NCBI GenBank assembly: GCA_029248105.1
Contig: JAQWJZ010000038.1
Coordinates: 11,265-75,264, forward strand
Length of the DNA stretch: 64,000 nucleotides
From: Flavobacteriales bacterium
GTDB lineage: Bacteria > Bacteroidota > Bacteroidia > Flavobacteriales > UBA7312
Reading direction: 5' to 3'
This document shows, in pieces, positions 38,192-48,286 of this stretch (positions within the stretch are counted from its first letter, which is position 1; the number at the start of each line of letters is the position of its first letter). A program made the translations under genes and the position numbers. Under the pieces are notes generated by a model. That model worked only from the letters and a program-made list of their open reading frames with translations, was not told where the DNA came from and did not search any database.

Positions 38192-39170
38192 ATGGCAAAA
38201 ATTTAAGTTCATCCTCAGCCTCCTTAAATTCTGGACTTAATTCTAAAGTTGAAAGAAAATCTTTTCGAGCACTTACTAAGTCATTATTTAACTTAAAAGC
38301 TAAGCCCCTAGAAAAATAAGCCGAAGCAAAGCTTGGGTTCTGAACAATAACGGATGTGAAATAATCAATAGACGAATTATAATCGCCCTCAACTAATGAT
38401 ATATATCCTAAATTATAATTAGCATCAGAATGTAATGAATCTCTTCTAAGAATACCATAATAAGATGCCTTAGCTTTTGAAAAATCTCCTGCATTCTGGT
38501 GATACATACCCTTATTATACCAAGAACTAATTAAACTAGAATCTACTTCCAAGGCATTATCAAAATAGTACTCCGCAAGGCTATCACCATTAAAAGCATA
38601 AATAAAAGCCAATTGTTCATAGGACTCAATATAATTAGGATCTTGCTCAACAGCTGTTTGAAATTGAGATTTTGCCATTTCTAAATCCCCCATTTCTTTA
38701 TAATTTAAACCTTTATAAAAATATGCCTCAGCGTTGAAGGGATAAGATGGTAAATATGTATTTAAATCAACTAATGATTGAGAATAATCCTGAAATATAT
38801 AATGCAATTTTGCTCTCAGAAGTAACATAGGTGAGTAAACCATGTTATTTTCAGTTAACAAGTTTAAGCTCTTATTGACATAGCTAGGATTTGATACTGA
38901 TAACTCAAAATACATTTCCGCTAAATCATAACGATATTTTAAGTTTGTTGAATCTAAATTATAGAGTTGTTGCTGATCAAGAATTGCTTTATCTAATATG
39001 CCATTTGAGATAAACAAATCACGTCTTTGTTTAAGTAAAACAGTATCGTTAGGCTCCTGTAGCAAGGCCTTACTCAATTCAGAAATAGACTTGGGCTCAC
39101 TAGATCCTACTTTGCCTTCTGAACAGGAAAAAAATACAATGATACAAGAAAATACAAGCAGCCTAAACAT
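38190..39170 (-). CDS. Tetratricopeptide-repeat lipoprotein
   Basis: Signal 'VFFSCSEG'. Multiple TPR-like 34-aa repeats ('AEAYFYKGLNYKEMGDLEMAKSQFQTAVEQDPNY' and others). Confidence 0.7.
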   Translation of the reverse strand: MFRLLVFSCIIVFFSCSEGKVGSSEPKSISELSKALLQEPNDTVLLKQRRDLFISNGILDKAILDQQQLYNLDSTNLKYRYDLAEMYFELSVSNPSYVNKSLNLLTENNMVYSPMLLLRAKLHYIFQDYSQSLVDLNTYLPSYPFNAEAYFYKGLNYKEMGDLEMAKSQFQTAVEQDPNYIESYEQLAFIYAFNGDSLAEYYFDNALEVDSSLISSWYNKGMYHQNAGDFSKAKASYYGILRRDSLHSDANYNLGYISLVEGDYNSSIDYFTSVIVQNPSFASAYFSRGLAFKLNNDLVSARKDFLSTLELSPEFKEAEDELKFLP

Positions 39171-39186
39171 ACAAGGTGCTATTAAC

Positions 39187-40185
39187 TTAATTATTGATTT
39201 GTTCTTTTATCTTTTCTTCTAACTGATCGGATAATTCAGGGTTATCTTGCAAAACAAGCTTTACAGCATCTCTTCCCTGACCTAGCTTATCACCATCATA
39301 ACTAAACCAAGAACCACTTTTCTGAACAATATCTAATTCCACAGCTTTATCTAATATTTCACCAGATTTTGAGATTCCTTTACCATACATTATATCGAAC
39401 TCAACCAGTTTAAAAGGGGGTGCCACTTTGTTTTTAACTACCTTAACTCTTGTTTTGTTTCCAATAGCGCCATCAGCATCTTTGATAGCAGTACTTCTCC
39501 TTACATCTAATCGAATAGAAGAATAGAACTTTAAAGCGTTACCACCAGTTGTCGTTTCAGGATTTCCAAACATAACACCAATTTTCTCTCTCAACTGGTT
39601 AATAAAAATACATGTACAACCTGTTTTACTGATAGTACCGGTTAATTTTCGTAGTGCTTTAGACATTAATCGGGCATGAAGACCTACAGAAGTATCACCC
39701 ATCTCCCCTTCTATTTCACTTTTAGGCGTAAGAGCAGCAACAGAATCGATTACAAGAATATCTATTGCACCCGAACGTATAAGATTATCAGCAATTTCTA
39801 AAGCTTGTTCACCGTTATCGGGCTGAGAAATTAATAAATCATCAACATTTACACCTAAACTAGCTGCATACGTTTGATCAAAAGCATGTTCTGCATCAAT
39901 AAACGCAGCAATACCGCCTTGACGTTGTGCTTCTGCTATAGCATGTATTGCTAAAGTGGTTTTACCTGAAGATTCTGGACCATAAATCTCTATCACCCTT
40001 CCTCTTGGATAACCACCTATTCCTAACGCAATATCTAAACCTAAAGAGCCTGTTGGAATAGCATCTATATTTTCTACAGGCTTATCTCCTAAGCGCATGA
40101 CTGTTCCTTTACCATATGACTTCTCCATTTTATCTAGAGTAAGTTGTAAGGCCTTTAATTTTGCTTCTTTTTGTTTGTCGCTCAT
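39187..40185 (-). CDS. recA: Recombinase RecA
   Basis: '[18 protein letters not shown]', '[10 protein letters not shown]', 'VIDSVAAL', '[28 protein letters not shown]'. Confidence 0.97.
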   Translation of the reverse strand: MSDKQKEAKLKALQLTLDKMEKSYGKGTVMRLGDKPVENIDAIPTGSLGLDIALGIGGYPRGRVIEIYGPESSGKTTLAIHAIAEAQRQGGIAAFIDAEHAFDQTYAASLGVNVDDLLISQPDNGEQALEIADNLIRSGAIDILVIDSVAALTPKSEIEGEMGDTSVGLHARLMSKALRKLTGTISKTGCTCIFINQLREKIGVMFGNPETTTGGNALKFYSSIRLDVRRSTAIKDADGAIGNKTRVKVVKNKVAPPFKLVEFDIMYGKGISKSGEILDKAVELDIVQKSGSWFSYDGDKLGQGRDAVKLVLQDNPELSDQLEEKIKEQINN

Positions 40186-40191
40186 AGCTAT

Positions 40192-40653
40192 TTACTTATA
40201 TGTTTCTAAAATTTGTTGTGTGTGTTCTTTTGTTTTGACTTTTGTAAAAATACGTTCAATATGACCTTTTTCATCAATCACAAAGGTTGTTCTATGTATG
40301 CCATCATATTCCTTTCCCATAAATTTTTTAGGACCCCAAACACCATACGCCTTAATAACTTCTTTTTCAGTGTCAGAAAGTAAGTGAAAAGGTAATTCAT
40401 TTTTGGCAATAAACTTTTGATGTGAAGCACTATTATCGGCACTAACACCAAGCACGTCATAACCTAAAGACAATAGCTCAGAATAGTTGTCTCTTAAATT
40501 GCAACTCTCAGCAGTACAGCAAGGAGTGCTATCTTTTGGATAAAAATAAAGTATAAGTTTCTTACCTACGTAAGAATCTAGGGTTAGCACTTCATCGTTT
40601 TGATTAACAACACTGAATTGGGGCGCTTTATCGCCTTCTTTTAAACTAGTCAT
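40192..40653 (-). CDS. bcp: Thioredoxin-dependent peroxiredoxin Bcp
   Basis: 'LILYFYPKDSTPCCTAESC' is a PxxxTxxC peroxiredoxin motif with the resolving Cys 5 residues later. Confidence 0.85.
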   Translation of the reverse strand: MTSLKEGDKAPQFSVVNQNDEVLTLDSYVGKKLILYFYPKDSTPCCTAESCNLRDNYSELLSLGYDVLGVSADNSASHQKFIAKNELPFHLLSDTEKEVIKAYGVWGPKKFMGKEYDGIHRTTFVIDEKGHIERIFTKVKTKEHTQQILETYK

Positions 40654-40732
40654 TTAATATTTTTATTAGCTAAACAAAAGAGCAAAAAAATCTCAGTATT
40701 AACAAAGTTTTAGAGCGGCATTTATTAACAAA

Positions 40733-41371
40733 TTATCTTTTCTTTTGAAAAAAATCACAAAAGTCTGTGATACCACAATCATTACATTTTGGCTTTCTTG
40801 CCAAACATACATAACGACCATGAAGAATAAGCCAATGATGAGCGATAGTTAACTTTTCAGTAGGGAAATATTTTACCAATTGCTTTTCTGTCTGCAAAGG
40901 ATTTTTAGAATTTTTGGAAAGCCCTATACGTTCTGACACTCTAAATACATGGGTATCGACAGGCATTGTCGGAACACCAAACAAAACAGAAGCAACGACA
41001 TTAGCAGTTTTTCGACCTACACCAGGCAATAACTGAAGAGCATCTACAGTGTCAGGAACCTGACCATTGAAGTCAGTCATCAACATATTAGCCATTTTAT
41101 GAAGGTGTTTAGCCTTATTGTTAGGATAGCTTATAGATCGGATATAATGAAAAATCTCATCAGCAGAAGACAAGGCCATCAATTCAGCAGTAGGGAATGC
41201 TGAAAATAAAGTAGGTGTTACCATATTAACACGCTTATCAGTACACTGAGCGGACAAAATAACCGCAACGAGCAACTCGAAACCATTGTTATAATGCAGC
41301 TCTGTTTCAGCAATAGGCATATTCTCATCGAAATAGTCAACAAATAATTCGAATCGTTTTTTTCTATTCAT
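40733..41371 (-). CDS. nth: Endonuclease III
   Basis: HhH-GPD 'LPGVGRKTANVV', catalytic 'VDTHV', 4Fe-4S cluster 'CLARKPKCNDCGITDFC'. Start set to ATG 41371; the track uses TTG 41377. Confidence 0.9.
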   Translation of the reverse strand: MNRKKRFELFVDYFDENMPIAETELHYNNGFELLVAVILSAQCTDKRVNMVTPTLFSAFPTAELMALSSADEIFHYIRSISYPNNKAKHLHKMANMLMTDFNGQVPDTVDALQLLPGVGRKTANVVASVLFGVPTMPVDTHVFRVSERIGLSKNSKNPLQTEKQLVKYFPTEKLTIAHHWLILHGRYVCLARKPKCNDCGITDFCDFFQKKR

Positions 41372-41374
41372 ACC

Positions 41375-41382
41375 CAAATGTA
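41375..41382 (-). promoter_or_regulatory. -7 box (TACATTTG) 3 nt upstream of the nth ATG (leaderless mRNA)
   Basis: Minus strand reads 'tacatttg ggt ATG'. The track's TTG start is part of this box. It sits directly downstream of the terminator at 41384-41416. Confidence 0.5.
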
Positions 41383-41383
41383 T

Positions 41384-41416
41384 AAAAAAAGCCCCTCTTA
41401 AATTAATAAGAAGGGC
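41384..41416 (-). terminator. Rho-independent terminator after the sigma / 90-aa ORF pair
   Basis: Minus strand reads GCCCTTCTTA-ttaatt-TAAGAGGGGC followed by T7. Confidence 0.65.
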
Positions 41417-41437
41417 ATGTTAAAAATATGTTATTAA

Positions 41438-41710
41438 CTAATTCAAAACCAAATCAATTCTATTTAAATATTTTGATGGTTTTGATGAAAATCCTCTTGC
41501 ATAAGACTTAATTTTTGCAAGACTAAAATCAGATGGTGTTAACGAATAACGTTCAGCGTCTAATAAATCCATTGAAGACTTTAACTTGTGATATGTTGCA
41601 CATAACTCTGCATCATTAAGCAATGCATCTTTCAACAATATGGATTCTTCTGAATTCATTTCATTATACAAGAATCTAATTAAATCATTTTGAGTAAAGG
41701 TTTTATACAT
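41438..41710 (-). CDS. Hypothetical 90-aa soluble protein downstream of the ECF sigma factor (candidate sigma-associated/anti-sigma protein)
   Basis: ATG-initiated ORF 54 nt after the sigma gene and followed by a terminator. No TM segment, helical-looking sequence 'DLIRFLYNEMNSEESILLKDALLNDAELCATYHKL'. Confidence 0.5.
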   Translation of the reverse strand: MYKTFTQNDLIRFLYNEMNSEESILLKDALLNDAELCATYHKLKSSMDLLDAERYSLTPSDFSLAKIKSYARGFSSKPSKYLNRIDLVLN

Positions 41711-41764
41711 ATAGTAGATTTTAAATTATGCTACTATAACGCAAGTCTAACAACCTTTATTGCA

Positions 41765-42367
41765 TCAACTATAATTTATGGTTAAATCCACGTTATTCTC
41801 TTCTAGTAGTTTACGAATATTTATTAATGCATAACGCATTCTACCAAGAGCTGTATTTATACTCACACCTGTTTTTTCTGCAATTTCCTTAAAGCTTAAA
41901 TCTTCGTAGTGGCGCATTACAAGAACTTCTTTTTGCTCATTCGGCAACTCGGAGATTAAACGACGTAACATCTGCGTTTGCTCATCTTCCATCATATCGT
42001 ATTCTTTAGATTTTTCACCATTTCCGATAACATCAAAAATGTCGAAATTCTCTAAGCTTTTAGATTGAGCTACCTTGGGCATTCTCTTATTTTGTCTAAA
42101 GTAATCAATAACAAGATTATGAGAAATACGCATCAACCATGGCAAAAACTTACCTTCTTCATTATATTTACCTGAATTTAGTGACTTAATGACTTTAAAA
42201 AAGGCATCTTGAAAAATATCCTCAGCAAGTTGTAGATTCCTGACCTTAGAGTTAATAAAACTTAATACTCTTGACTGATGTCTAGTAACTAGTTCATCTA
42301 AAGCTAGTGGATTTCCATTAATGTAAGATGAGACTAAATCCTTATCGGAGACTTTGTGTAATAACAT
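41765..42367 (-). CDS. RNA polymerase sigma-70 family, ECF-type sigma factor
   Basis: Region 2 'FQDAFFKV...FLPWLMRISHNLVIDYFR'. Region 4 'VLVMRHYEDLSFKEIAEKTGVSINTALGRMRYA'. First ATG at 42367; the track uses TTG 42376. Confidence 0.85.
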   Translation of the reverse strand: MLLHKVSDKDLVSSYINGNPLALDELVTRHQSRVLSFINSKVRNLQLAEDIFQDAFFKVIKSLNSGKYNEEGKFLPWLMRISHNLVIDYFRQNKRMPKVAQSKSLENFDIFDVIGNGEKSKEYDMMEDEQTQMLRRLISELPNEQKEVLVMRHYEDLSFKEIAEKTGVSINTALGRMRYALINIRKLLEENNVDLTINYS

Positions 42368-42515
42368 ATCTAACAATTTTAAATTAATACTAATTAAAAG
42401 GTAGATATGTATCTATAGGCGAATGATTTAAATTACACTAAAAATGACCATTCAATTGGTCGTTAACTGGTTCAAATATAAATGACTTTTAGTAAAATTC
42501 CAAATGATAAAACCG

Positions 42516-42523
42516 TAAATTTG
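42516..42523 (+). promoter_or_regulatory. Candidate -7 box (TAAATTTG) for uvrA
   Basis: TAnnTTTG 29 nt upstream of the ATG at 42553. Confidence 0.45.
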
Positions 42524-42552
42524 CAAAATTCCGCTAAAATTAAAACAAAACA

Positions 42553-45360
42553 ATGCCTTTAAAACAAGTGCAAAAAGACAATCAAAAATACATCACTATT
42601 AGAGGGGCAAGAATGCACAACCTCAAAAATATTGATGTTGCAATTCCAAAAAGAAAATTAGTTGTTATTACTGGAGTTTCAGGATCGGGAAAATCATCTT
42701 TAGCATTTGACACCTTGTTTGCTGAAGGACAAAGACGCTACATAGAAAGCCTATCTTCATACGCTAGACAATTCTTAGGCAAGTTACAAAAACCAGATGT
42801 TGATCATATTAAGGGGATCTCACCCGCTATAGCTATTGAACAGAAAGTAAATACTCAAAACCCAAGATCAACAGTTGGCACTTCTACAGAAATTTATGAC
42901 TATTTAAAACTATTATTTGCTAGAGTTGGCAAAACTATTTCCCCTATTTCAAAAAAAGAAGTCAAAAAACATCAAGTAAGTGATGTTGTAGATTACGTTT
43001 GCGAACAAAAAATCGGCAATAAGGTTCTTGTTTTGTTTAAACTTGACCTTTCTAAAAACTCTATTCAAGAAAACTTAGATAAACTAAGCTTAAAAGGCTT
43101 TTCTAGAATCAAAGTAAATACAGAAATTCTTAGATTGGATAGTATTGAAGACTATTCAGCAATAGGAAAAGATAAAACGATTTGGGTGGTTATTGATAGA
43201 TTAATGGTCAATCTTGAAAATGATAATTTAAACCGATTAGCCGATAGTATTCAAATCGCACTTTTTGAAGGTAACGGAGAGTGCGCTATTGAAATTGTTG
43301 ACAAGGGAATCAAAGAGTTTTCAAATCGCTTTGAATTAGATGGAATTTCGTTTGAACTACCTTCAGAACATTTGTTCAGTTTCAACAACCCATATGGGGC
43401 ATGTAAAATGTGTGAAGGCTTTGGCTCTGTTCTAGGAATAGATGAAGATAAAGTCATTCCTAACAAATCACTTTCCATTTACGAAGGTGCCATAAATTGC
43501 TGGAAAGGAGAAAAGCTTAGCCGTTGGAAAGAACGCTTTGTTCTTAACTCTTCTAAACACGATTTCCCTATTCATCGGCCGTACAACGACCTCAACGAAG
43601 ATGAGAAAAAGCTAGTGTGGAATGGAGCAAAAGGGGTAAAAGGTATACGTCAGTTTTTTCAACTTTTAGAAAGAGAGAATTATAAAGTGCAAAATAGAGT
43701 GTTATTGGCTCGATACAGAGGCAAAAACACATGCCCCGAGTGTAACGGCACTCGACTAAGAAAAGAGGCTTTATACGTAGAAGTTGGAAAGAAGACAATC
43801 AATGACATTGTTCATTTGCCAATTAGCAAACTACTCAAACTAGTATCAGACATAAAACTTTCTAGTACCGAATCAGTAATAGCTGATCGTATAATTCAAG
43901 AAATAAAAAACAGAGTACAATTCTTAGATAATGTGGGCTTAGGTTATTTAACACTAAACCGTTTGTCCTCTACCCTTTCAGGCGGAGAATCGCAACGAAT
44001 AAATTTAGCAACTTCCTTAGCAAGTAGTTTGGTTGGATCTTTGTATATCCTAGATGAACCAAGTATCGGATTACATTCCAAAGACACTCAAAAGTTAATT
44101 GACATCTTACATTCTCTAAAAGAGTTAGGAAATACAGTTGTTGTCGTTGAACATGACGAGGAAATAATGATGGCAGCAGACGAAATTATTGATATTGGCC
44201 CGCTAGCTGGCAAAAATGGGGGTAATATAGTTTATCAAGGTAAACTTGAAAACATTGGTAATAATACAGAAAGCTTAACAGCACAATACTTATCCAATAA
44301 AGAGAGTATTGAAATACCATATCAACGTAGAAAAAGCCAACATGCTATTTTAATAAATGGTGCCAGAGAAAATAATCTTAAAAATATTAATGTCCGTTTT
44401 CCTTTAGAATGCTTAACCGTAGTTTCTGGAGTTAGTGGCTCAGGAAAAAGCTCACTCGTCAAACAAATATTATTTCCGGCTATACAAAAAAGCATACAAG
44501 GCTACGCCTCTAAACTAGGAGCTCATGATAGTGTTGAGGGAGACACCAAACTTGTTCAACATATTGAGTTTATCAACCAAAATCCTATTGGCAGGTCATC
44601 TCGATCAAATCCAGTGACCTATTTGAAGGCTTATGACGAAATAAGAAATTTATTCGCAAGACAAGAGTTATCTAAAGCTAGAGGATACAAAAGTGGCCAT
44701 TTCTCTTTTAACGTTTCAGGTGGTAGATGCGAGGTATGTGAAGGAGAGGGTAACATCACCATAGAAATGCAATTTATGGCAGATGTTCATTTAGAATGCG
44801 AAAGCTGTAAAGGACAACGATTCAAAAATGAAACTTTAGATATTACATTTAAGGGTAAAAACATTGCTCATATATTGGAAATGACCATAGATGAAGCGGT
44901 TTCATTTTTTGATAAAAATGATAAAAAGAAAATCGTTTCTAAACTTCTACCGCTGCAACAGGTAGGCTTAGGCTACATTCAACTTGGGCAATCGTCAAAT
45001 ACGCTCAGTGGCGGTGAAGCACAGAGAATAAAGTTAGCCTTCTTTTTAAGCAAAGGGCATAAGTCCGAAAAGACCATGTTTATATTTGATGAACCTACAA
45101 CCGGCTTACATTTTCACGATATTAAAAAGTTGCTAAACTCCTTTAATGCCTTAATTGAAAACGGACACACAATTATCTGTGTAGAACACAATTCTGATGT
45201 TATAAAATGTGCCGACTGGATAATAGACTTAGGCCCTGAAGGAGGAGAAAATGGTGGAGAACTACTTTTTCAAGGAACACCAGAAGAATTAGTTAAAAAT
45301 AAGAAATCGTATACAGCGCAATTTTTAAAAGAAAAATTACTTTCTAGCGTCCAGAAATGA
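42553..45360 (+). CDS. uvrA: Excinuclease ABC subunit A
   Basis: Two ABC modules ('[12 protein letters not shown]', '[11 protein letters not shown]', 'LSGGESQRI', 'LSGGEAQRI') and zinc modules ('CKMCEGFG', 'CPECNGTR', 'CEVCEGEG'). Confidence 0.97.
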   Translation: MPLKQVQKDNQKYITIRGARMHNLKNIDVAIPKRKLVVITGVSGSGKSSLAFDTLFAEGQRRYIESLSSYARQFLGKLQKPDVDHIKGISPAIAIEQKVNTQNPRSTVGTSTEIYDYLKLLFARVGKTISPISKKEVKKHQVSDVVDYVCEQKIGNKVLVLFKLDLSKNSIQENLDKLSLKGFSRIKVNTEILRLDSIEDYSAIGKDKTIWVVIDRLMVNLENDNLNRLADSIQIALFEGNGECAIEIVDKGIKEFSNRFELDGISFELPSEHLFSFNNPYGACKMCEGFGSVLGIDEDKVIPNKSLSIYEGAINCWKGEKLSRWKERFVLNSSKHDFPIHRPYNDLNEDEKKLVWNGAKGVKGIRQFFQLLERENYKVQNRVLLARYRGKNTCPECNGTRLRKEALYVEVGKKTINDIVHLPISKLLKLVSDIKLSSTESVIADRIIQEIKNRVQFLDNVGLGYLTLNRLSSTLSGGESQRINLATSLASSLVGSLYILDEPSIGLHSKDTQKLIDILHSLKELGNTVVVVEHDEEIMMAADEIIDIGPLAGKNGGNIVYQGKLENIGNNTESLTAQYLSNKESIEIPYQRRKSQHAILINGARENNLKNINVRFPLECLTVVSGVSGSGKSSLVKQILFPAIQKSIQGYASKLGAHDSVEGDTKLVQHIEFINQNPIGRSSRSNPVTYLKAYDEIRNLFARQELSKARGYKSGHFSFNVSGGRCEVCEGEGNITIEMQFMADVHLECESCKGQRFKNETLDITFKGKNIAHILEMTIDEAVSFFDKNDKKKIVSKLLPLQQVGLGYIQLGQSSNTLSGGEAQRIKLAFFLSKGHKSEKTMFIFDEPTTGLHFHDIKKLLNSFNALIENGHTIICVEHNSDVIKCADWIIDLGPEGGENGGELLFQGTPEELVKNKKSYTAQFLKEKLLSSVQK

Positions 45361-45750
45361 TTGAAGAATAAGAGTAGCACTTATTTTGTCTACTAAGCCT
45401 TTGTCCCTTCTTTTACGTTGCTTCAACCCTGCATCTATCATTGTTTGGAAAGCCATTTTTGAGGTAAAACGCTCATCGACTCTTTCTATACTAACTTCAG
45501 GAAAAGCATCTTTTAAACGTCTTACAAAAGGCTCTATAAAACGAGCACTTTCAGAAGGTGTATCATCAAGGTTTTTGGCTAAACCTACGACAAAACACTC
45601 CACAACTTCTTTATCCAAATAATCTTTTAGGAAAGGGATTACATCCTTTGAATTTAGGGTTGTTAGAGCAGAGGCTATAATTTGTTCCTCATCCGTAATT
45701 GCAATACCCACTCGCTTTTGACCATAATCGATTGCTAACACTCTTGACAT
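45337..45750 (-). CDS. ruvX: Holliday junction resolvase-like nuclease RuvX (YqgF)
   Basis: '[17 protein letters not shown]', 'DERFTS'. Start set to ATG 45750 (MSRV). The 3' end overlaps the uvrA 3' end by 24 nt. Confidence 0.85.
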   Translation of the reverse strand: MSRVLAIDYGQKRVGIAITDEEQIIASALTTLNSKDVIPFLKDYLDKEVVECFVVGLAKNLDDTPSESARFIEPFVRRLKDAFPEVSIERVDERFTSKMAFQTMIDAGLKQRKRRDKGLVDKISATLILQSFLDARK

Positions 45751-45754
45751 AGTG

Positions 45755-45762
45755 CAAAAATA
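45755..45762 (-). promoter_or_regulatory. -7 box (TATTTTTG) 4 nt upstream of the ruvX ATG (leaderless)
   Basis: Minus strand reads 'tatttttg cact ATG'. Confidence 0.5.
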
Positions 45763-45773
45763 AAGCATTTAAC

Positions 45774-45781
45774 TATCTTTG
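45774..45781 (+). promoter_or_regulatory. -7 box (TATCTTTG) 5 nt upstream of the dapD ATG (leaderless or near-leaderless)
   Basis: 'tatctttg ctcct ATG'. It lies back-to-back with the ruvX box inside a 36-bp intergenic region. Confidence 0.5.
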
Positions 45782-45786
45782 CTCCT

Positions 45787-46605
45787 ATGATTGAACAACA
45801 AAAATTAATAATAGAACAAGCTTGGGAAAATCGTGAGCTTTTAAACGATAGTAAAACTCAAGAAAGTATTCGTTACATTATAGAAGAATTGGACAAAGGC
45901 CGTCTTCGTGTTTCGGACAACAAAGAGGGCAAATGGGTTGTAAATGAATGGATAAAAAAAGCCGTAATTTTATATTTCCCTATCCAAAAGATGGAAACTC
46001 TAGAAGCTGGTCCAATGGAATTTCACGATAAGATGAAATTAAAAAGCAATTATGCTGAATTAGGAGTTCGTGTTGTTCCTCATGCTGTTGCTAGATATGG
46101 TGCTTTTTTAGCTAAAGGAGTTATTATGATGCCGTCTTACGTGAATATTGGCGCCTACGTTGACAGTGGCACTATGGTAGATACATGGGCTACTGTAGGG
46201 TCTTGCGCTCAAATAGGCAAAAATGTTCATTTAAGTGGTGGTGTAGGTATTGGTGGAGTTTTGGAACCTTTACAAGCCTCACCTGTGATTATTGAAGACA
46301 GTGCATTTATTGGCTCAAGGTGTATAGTTGTTGAAGGAGTGAGAGTAGAAAAAGAAGCTGTGTTAGGTGCTAATGTTGTTCTAACAGCTTCAACAAAAAT
46401 CATTGATGTCACTGGTGAAAAACCAATCGAATATAAAGGCATAGTACCTGAAAGATCTGTTGTTATTCCTGGAACTTATCCCAAATCATTTCAAGCGGGT
46501 GAATATGGAGTCCCTTGCGCTCTAATCATTGGCAAGCGAAAAGAAAGTACTGATAAAAAAACCTCTCTTAACGACGCGCTAAGAGAATACAATGTAGCCG
46601 TATAA
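45787..46605 (+). CDS. dapD: 2,3,4,5-tetrahydropyridine-2,6-dicarboxylate N-succinyltransferase
   Basis: Left-handed beta-helix hexapeptide repeats ('IGKNVHLSGGVGIGGVLEP...IIEDSAFIGSRCIVVEGV') and a DapD-type N-terminal domain. Confidence 0.88.
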   Translation: MIEQQKLIIEQAWENRELLNDSKTQESIRYIIEELDKGRLRVSDNKEGKWVVNEWIKKAVILYFPIQKMETLEAGPMEFHDKMKLKSNYAELGVRVVPHAVARYGAFLAKGVIMMPSYVNIGAYVDSGTMVDTWATVGSCAQIGKNVHLSGGVGIGGVLEPLQASPVIIEDSAFIGSRCIVVEGVRVEKEAVLGANVVLTASTKIIDVTGEKPIEYKGIVPERSVVIPGTYPKSFQAGEYGVPCALIIGKRKESTDKKTSLNDALREYNVAV

Positions 46606-47726
46606 TGAAAATAGGGTTTGATGCTAAAAGAGCCTTTTTCAATAATACTGGATTAGGCAATTACTCTAGGGACACTATTCGTATTCTTGGACAATATTTT
46701 AGCCATAATGAATACCATCTATACACACCAAAAGAAATAGAAAATGAACGCTTGTCATTTTTAAAAAATCGAAATCACTATTATATTCATTCACCATTAG
46801 GCTTTTTCAATCATAAATTCAGCTCTGTATGGCGAACTTTAAGGTTAAAGAATGATTTAGTAAGAGATGGTGTCAGTCACTTTCATGGACTGAGCCACGA
46901 ACTGCCCTATGGCATAGATAAAACAGAAATAAAAACTGTTGTAAGCATTCATGATTTAATTGCTATTCGATACCCTCAATATTTTAAAAAAGCGGATAGA
47001 GTCTCTTATGTCAAAAAAAGTCAATATGCTTGTGAAATTGCCGACAAAATTATTGCTGTAAGCCAACAGACAAAAGAAGACATTATTCGTTTCTTTAATA
47101 TTTCAGAAGATAAGATTGAGGTAGTATACCAAGGCTGCAACAAAGCCTTTCAAGAAGAGCAAGAAGACGATTTTAAAGTAGAAATTAGCACTAAATATCA
47201 GCTGCCAAAAAAATACCTATTGTACGTTGGCACTATTGAGGAACGTAAAAATCTCCTTAGCTTACTAAAGTGTTTGAAAGAACTTCCAAACTACCAACTA
47301 GTAGTGATAGGCAATGGCAAAAAATACAAAACAAAATGTCTTGATTTCATTCAAACACACAAGATTAATAATCGTGTTTTAATGTTGACTAATTTATCTT
47401 TGAAAGAAATGGCAGCTATATATCAACAAGCTGAAATAATGATTTACCCATCATTTTTTGAAGGCTTCGGCATACCTATTTTAGAATCTTTATTCTGTGG
47501 CGTTCCTGTTATAACATCTCAAGGCGGCTGCTTTTCTGAGCCAGGAGGAGCACATAGCTCATACATAAACCCCAATGACATTGAGCAGATGAAAAATGAA
47601 ATATTAGATATAAGCACTAACAAGTTACGAAGAAAGAAAATGATAGAAGAAGGAAAAAAACACGCTCAAAACTTTACCGATGATAAAATTGCAAAGCGAC
47701 TTATAAACCTATATCAAACCATTTGA
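46605..47726 (+). CDS. Glycosyltransferase family 4 (GT1 domain)
   Basis: 'IYPSFFEGFGIPILESLFCGVPVITSQGGCFSEPGG'. TAATG overlap with dapD. Confidence 0.8.
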   Translation: MKIGFDAKRAFFNNTGLGNYSRDTIRILGQYFSHNEYHLYTPKEIENERLSFLKNRNHYYIHSPLGFFNHKFSSVWRTLRLKNDLVRDGVSHFHGLSHELPYGIDKTEIKTVVSIHDLIAIRYPQYFKKADRVSYVKKSQYACEIADKIIAVSQQTKEDIIRFFNISEDKIEVVYQGCNKAFQEEQEDDFKVEISTKYQLPKKYLLYVGTIEERKNLLSLLKCLKELPNYQLVVIGNGKKYKTKCLDFIQTHKINNRVLMLTNLSLKEMAAIYQQAEIMIYPSFFEGFGIPILESLFCGVPVITSQGGCFSEPGGAHSSYINPNDIEQMKNEILDISTNKLRRKKMIEEGKKHAQNFTDDKIAKRLINLYQTI

Positions 47727-48286
47727 TGAAAGAAGATATTCAAAACTGCCTTGACATCTTAAGAAGCGGAGGACTAATTTTATATCCTACTGACACCGTT
47801 TGGGGTATAGGGTGTGACGCTAGCAATCCAGATGCTATACAAAAGATATTCAATCTAAAGGGACGCTCTTCTTCCAAAGCGCTAATAGTATTGGTGGGCT
47901 CTGAAGTTATGTTAGAAAGAACTGTTGTAAATATGCCCGATATCGCTTGGGACTTGATAGAAACAACAGATAAACCTTTAACAATAATCTATGACCAAGT
48001 GAAAGGCATAGCAACAAATGCTATTGCAGATGATGGCTCTTGCGGAATACGCCTAGCTAAAGATTCTTTTTGCGAACAGCTTATCAAACGATTTGGTAAA
48101 CCTATCATTTCTACTTCGGCTAACGTTAGCGGAGAAAAAACACCAATCGATTTCTCTTCTATAAGTGATAGTATTTTGGAAGGAGTAGATTTCATAGTAA
48201 ATTACCGACAAAATGAAAATACTAAACAGCAAGCATCCAACATCATCAAGCTAAAAAACAACGGAGAGATTAAAATTATTAGATAA
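47726..48286 (+). CDS. tsaC: L-threonylcarbamoyladenylate synthase (TsaC/YrdC type)
   Basis: 'GGLILYPTDTVWGIGCDA', 'KGRSSSKALIVLV', 'CGIRL', 'STSANVSGE'. ATG 47726 overlaps the GT4 TGA; the track uses TTG 47723. Confidence 0.75.
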   Translation: MKEDIQNCLDILRSGGLILYPTDTVWGIGCDASNPDAIQKIFNLKGRSSSKALIVLVGSEVMLERTVVNMPDIAWDLIETTDKPLTIIYDQVKGIATNAIADDGSCGIRLAKDSFCEQLIKRFGKPIISTSANVSGEKTPIDFSSISDSILEGVDFIVNYRQNENTKQQASNIIKLKNNGEIKIIR

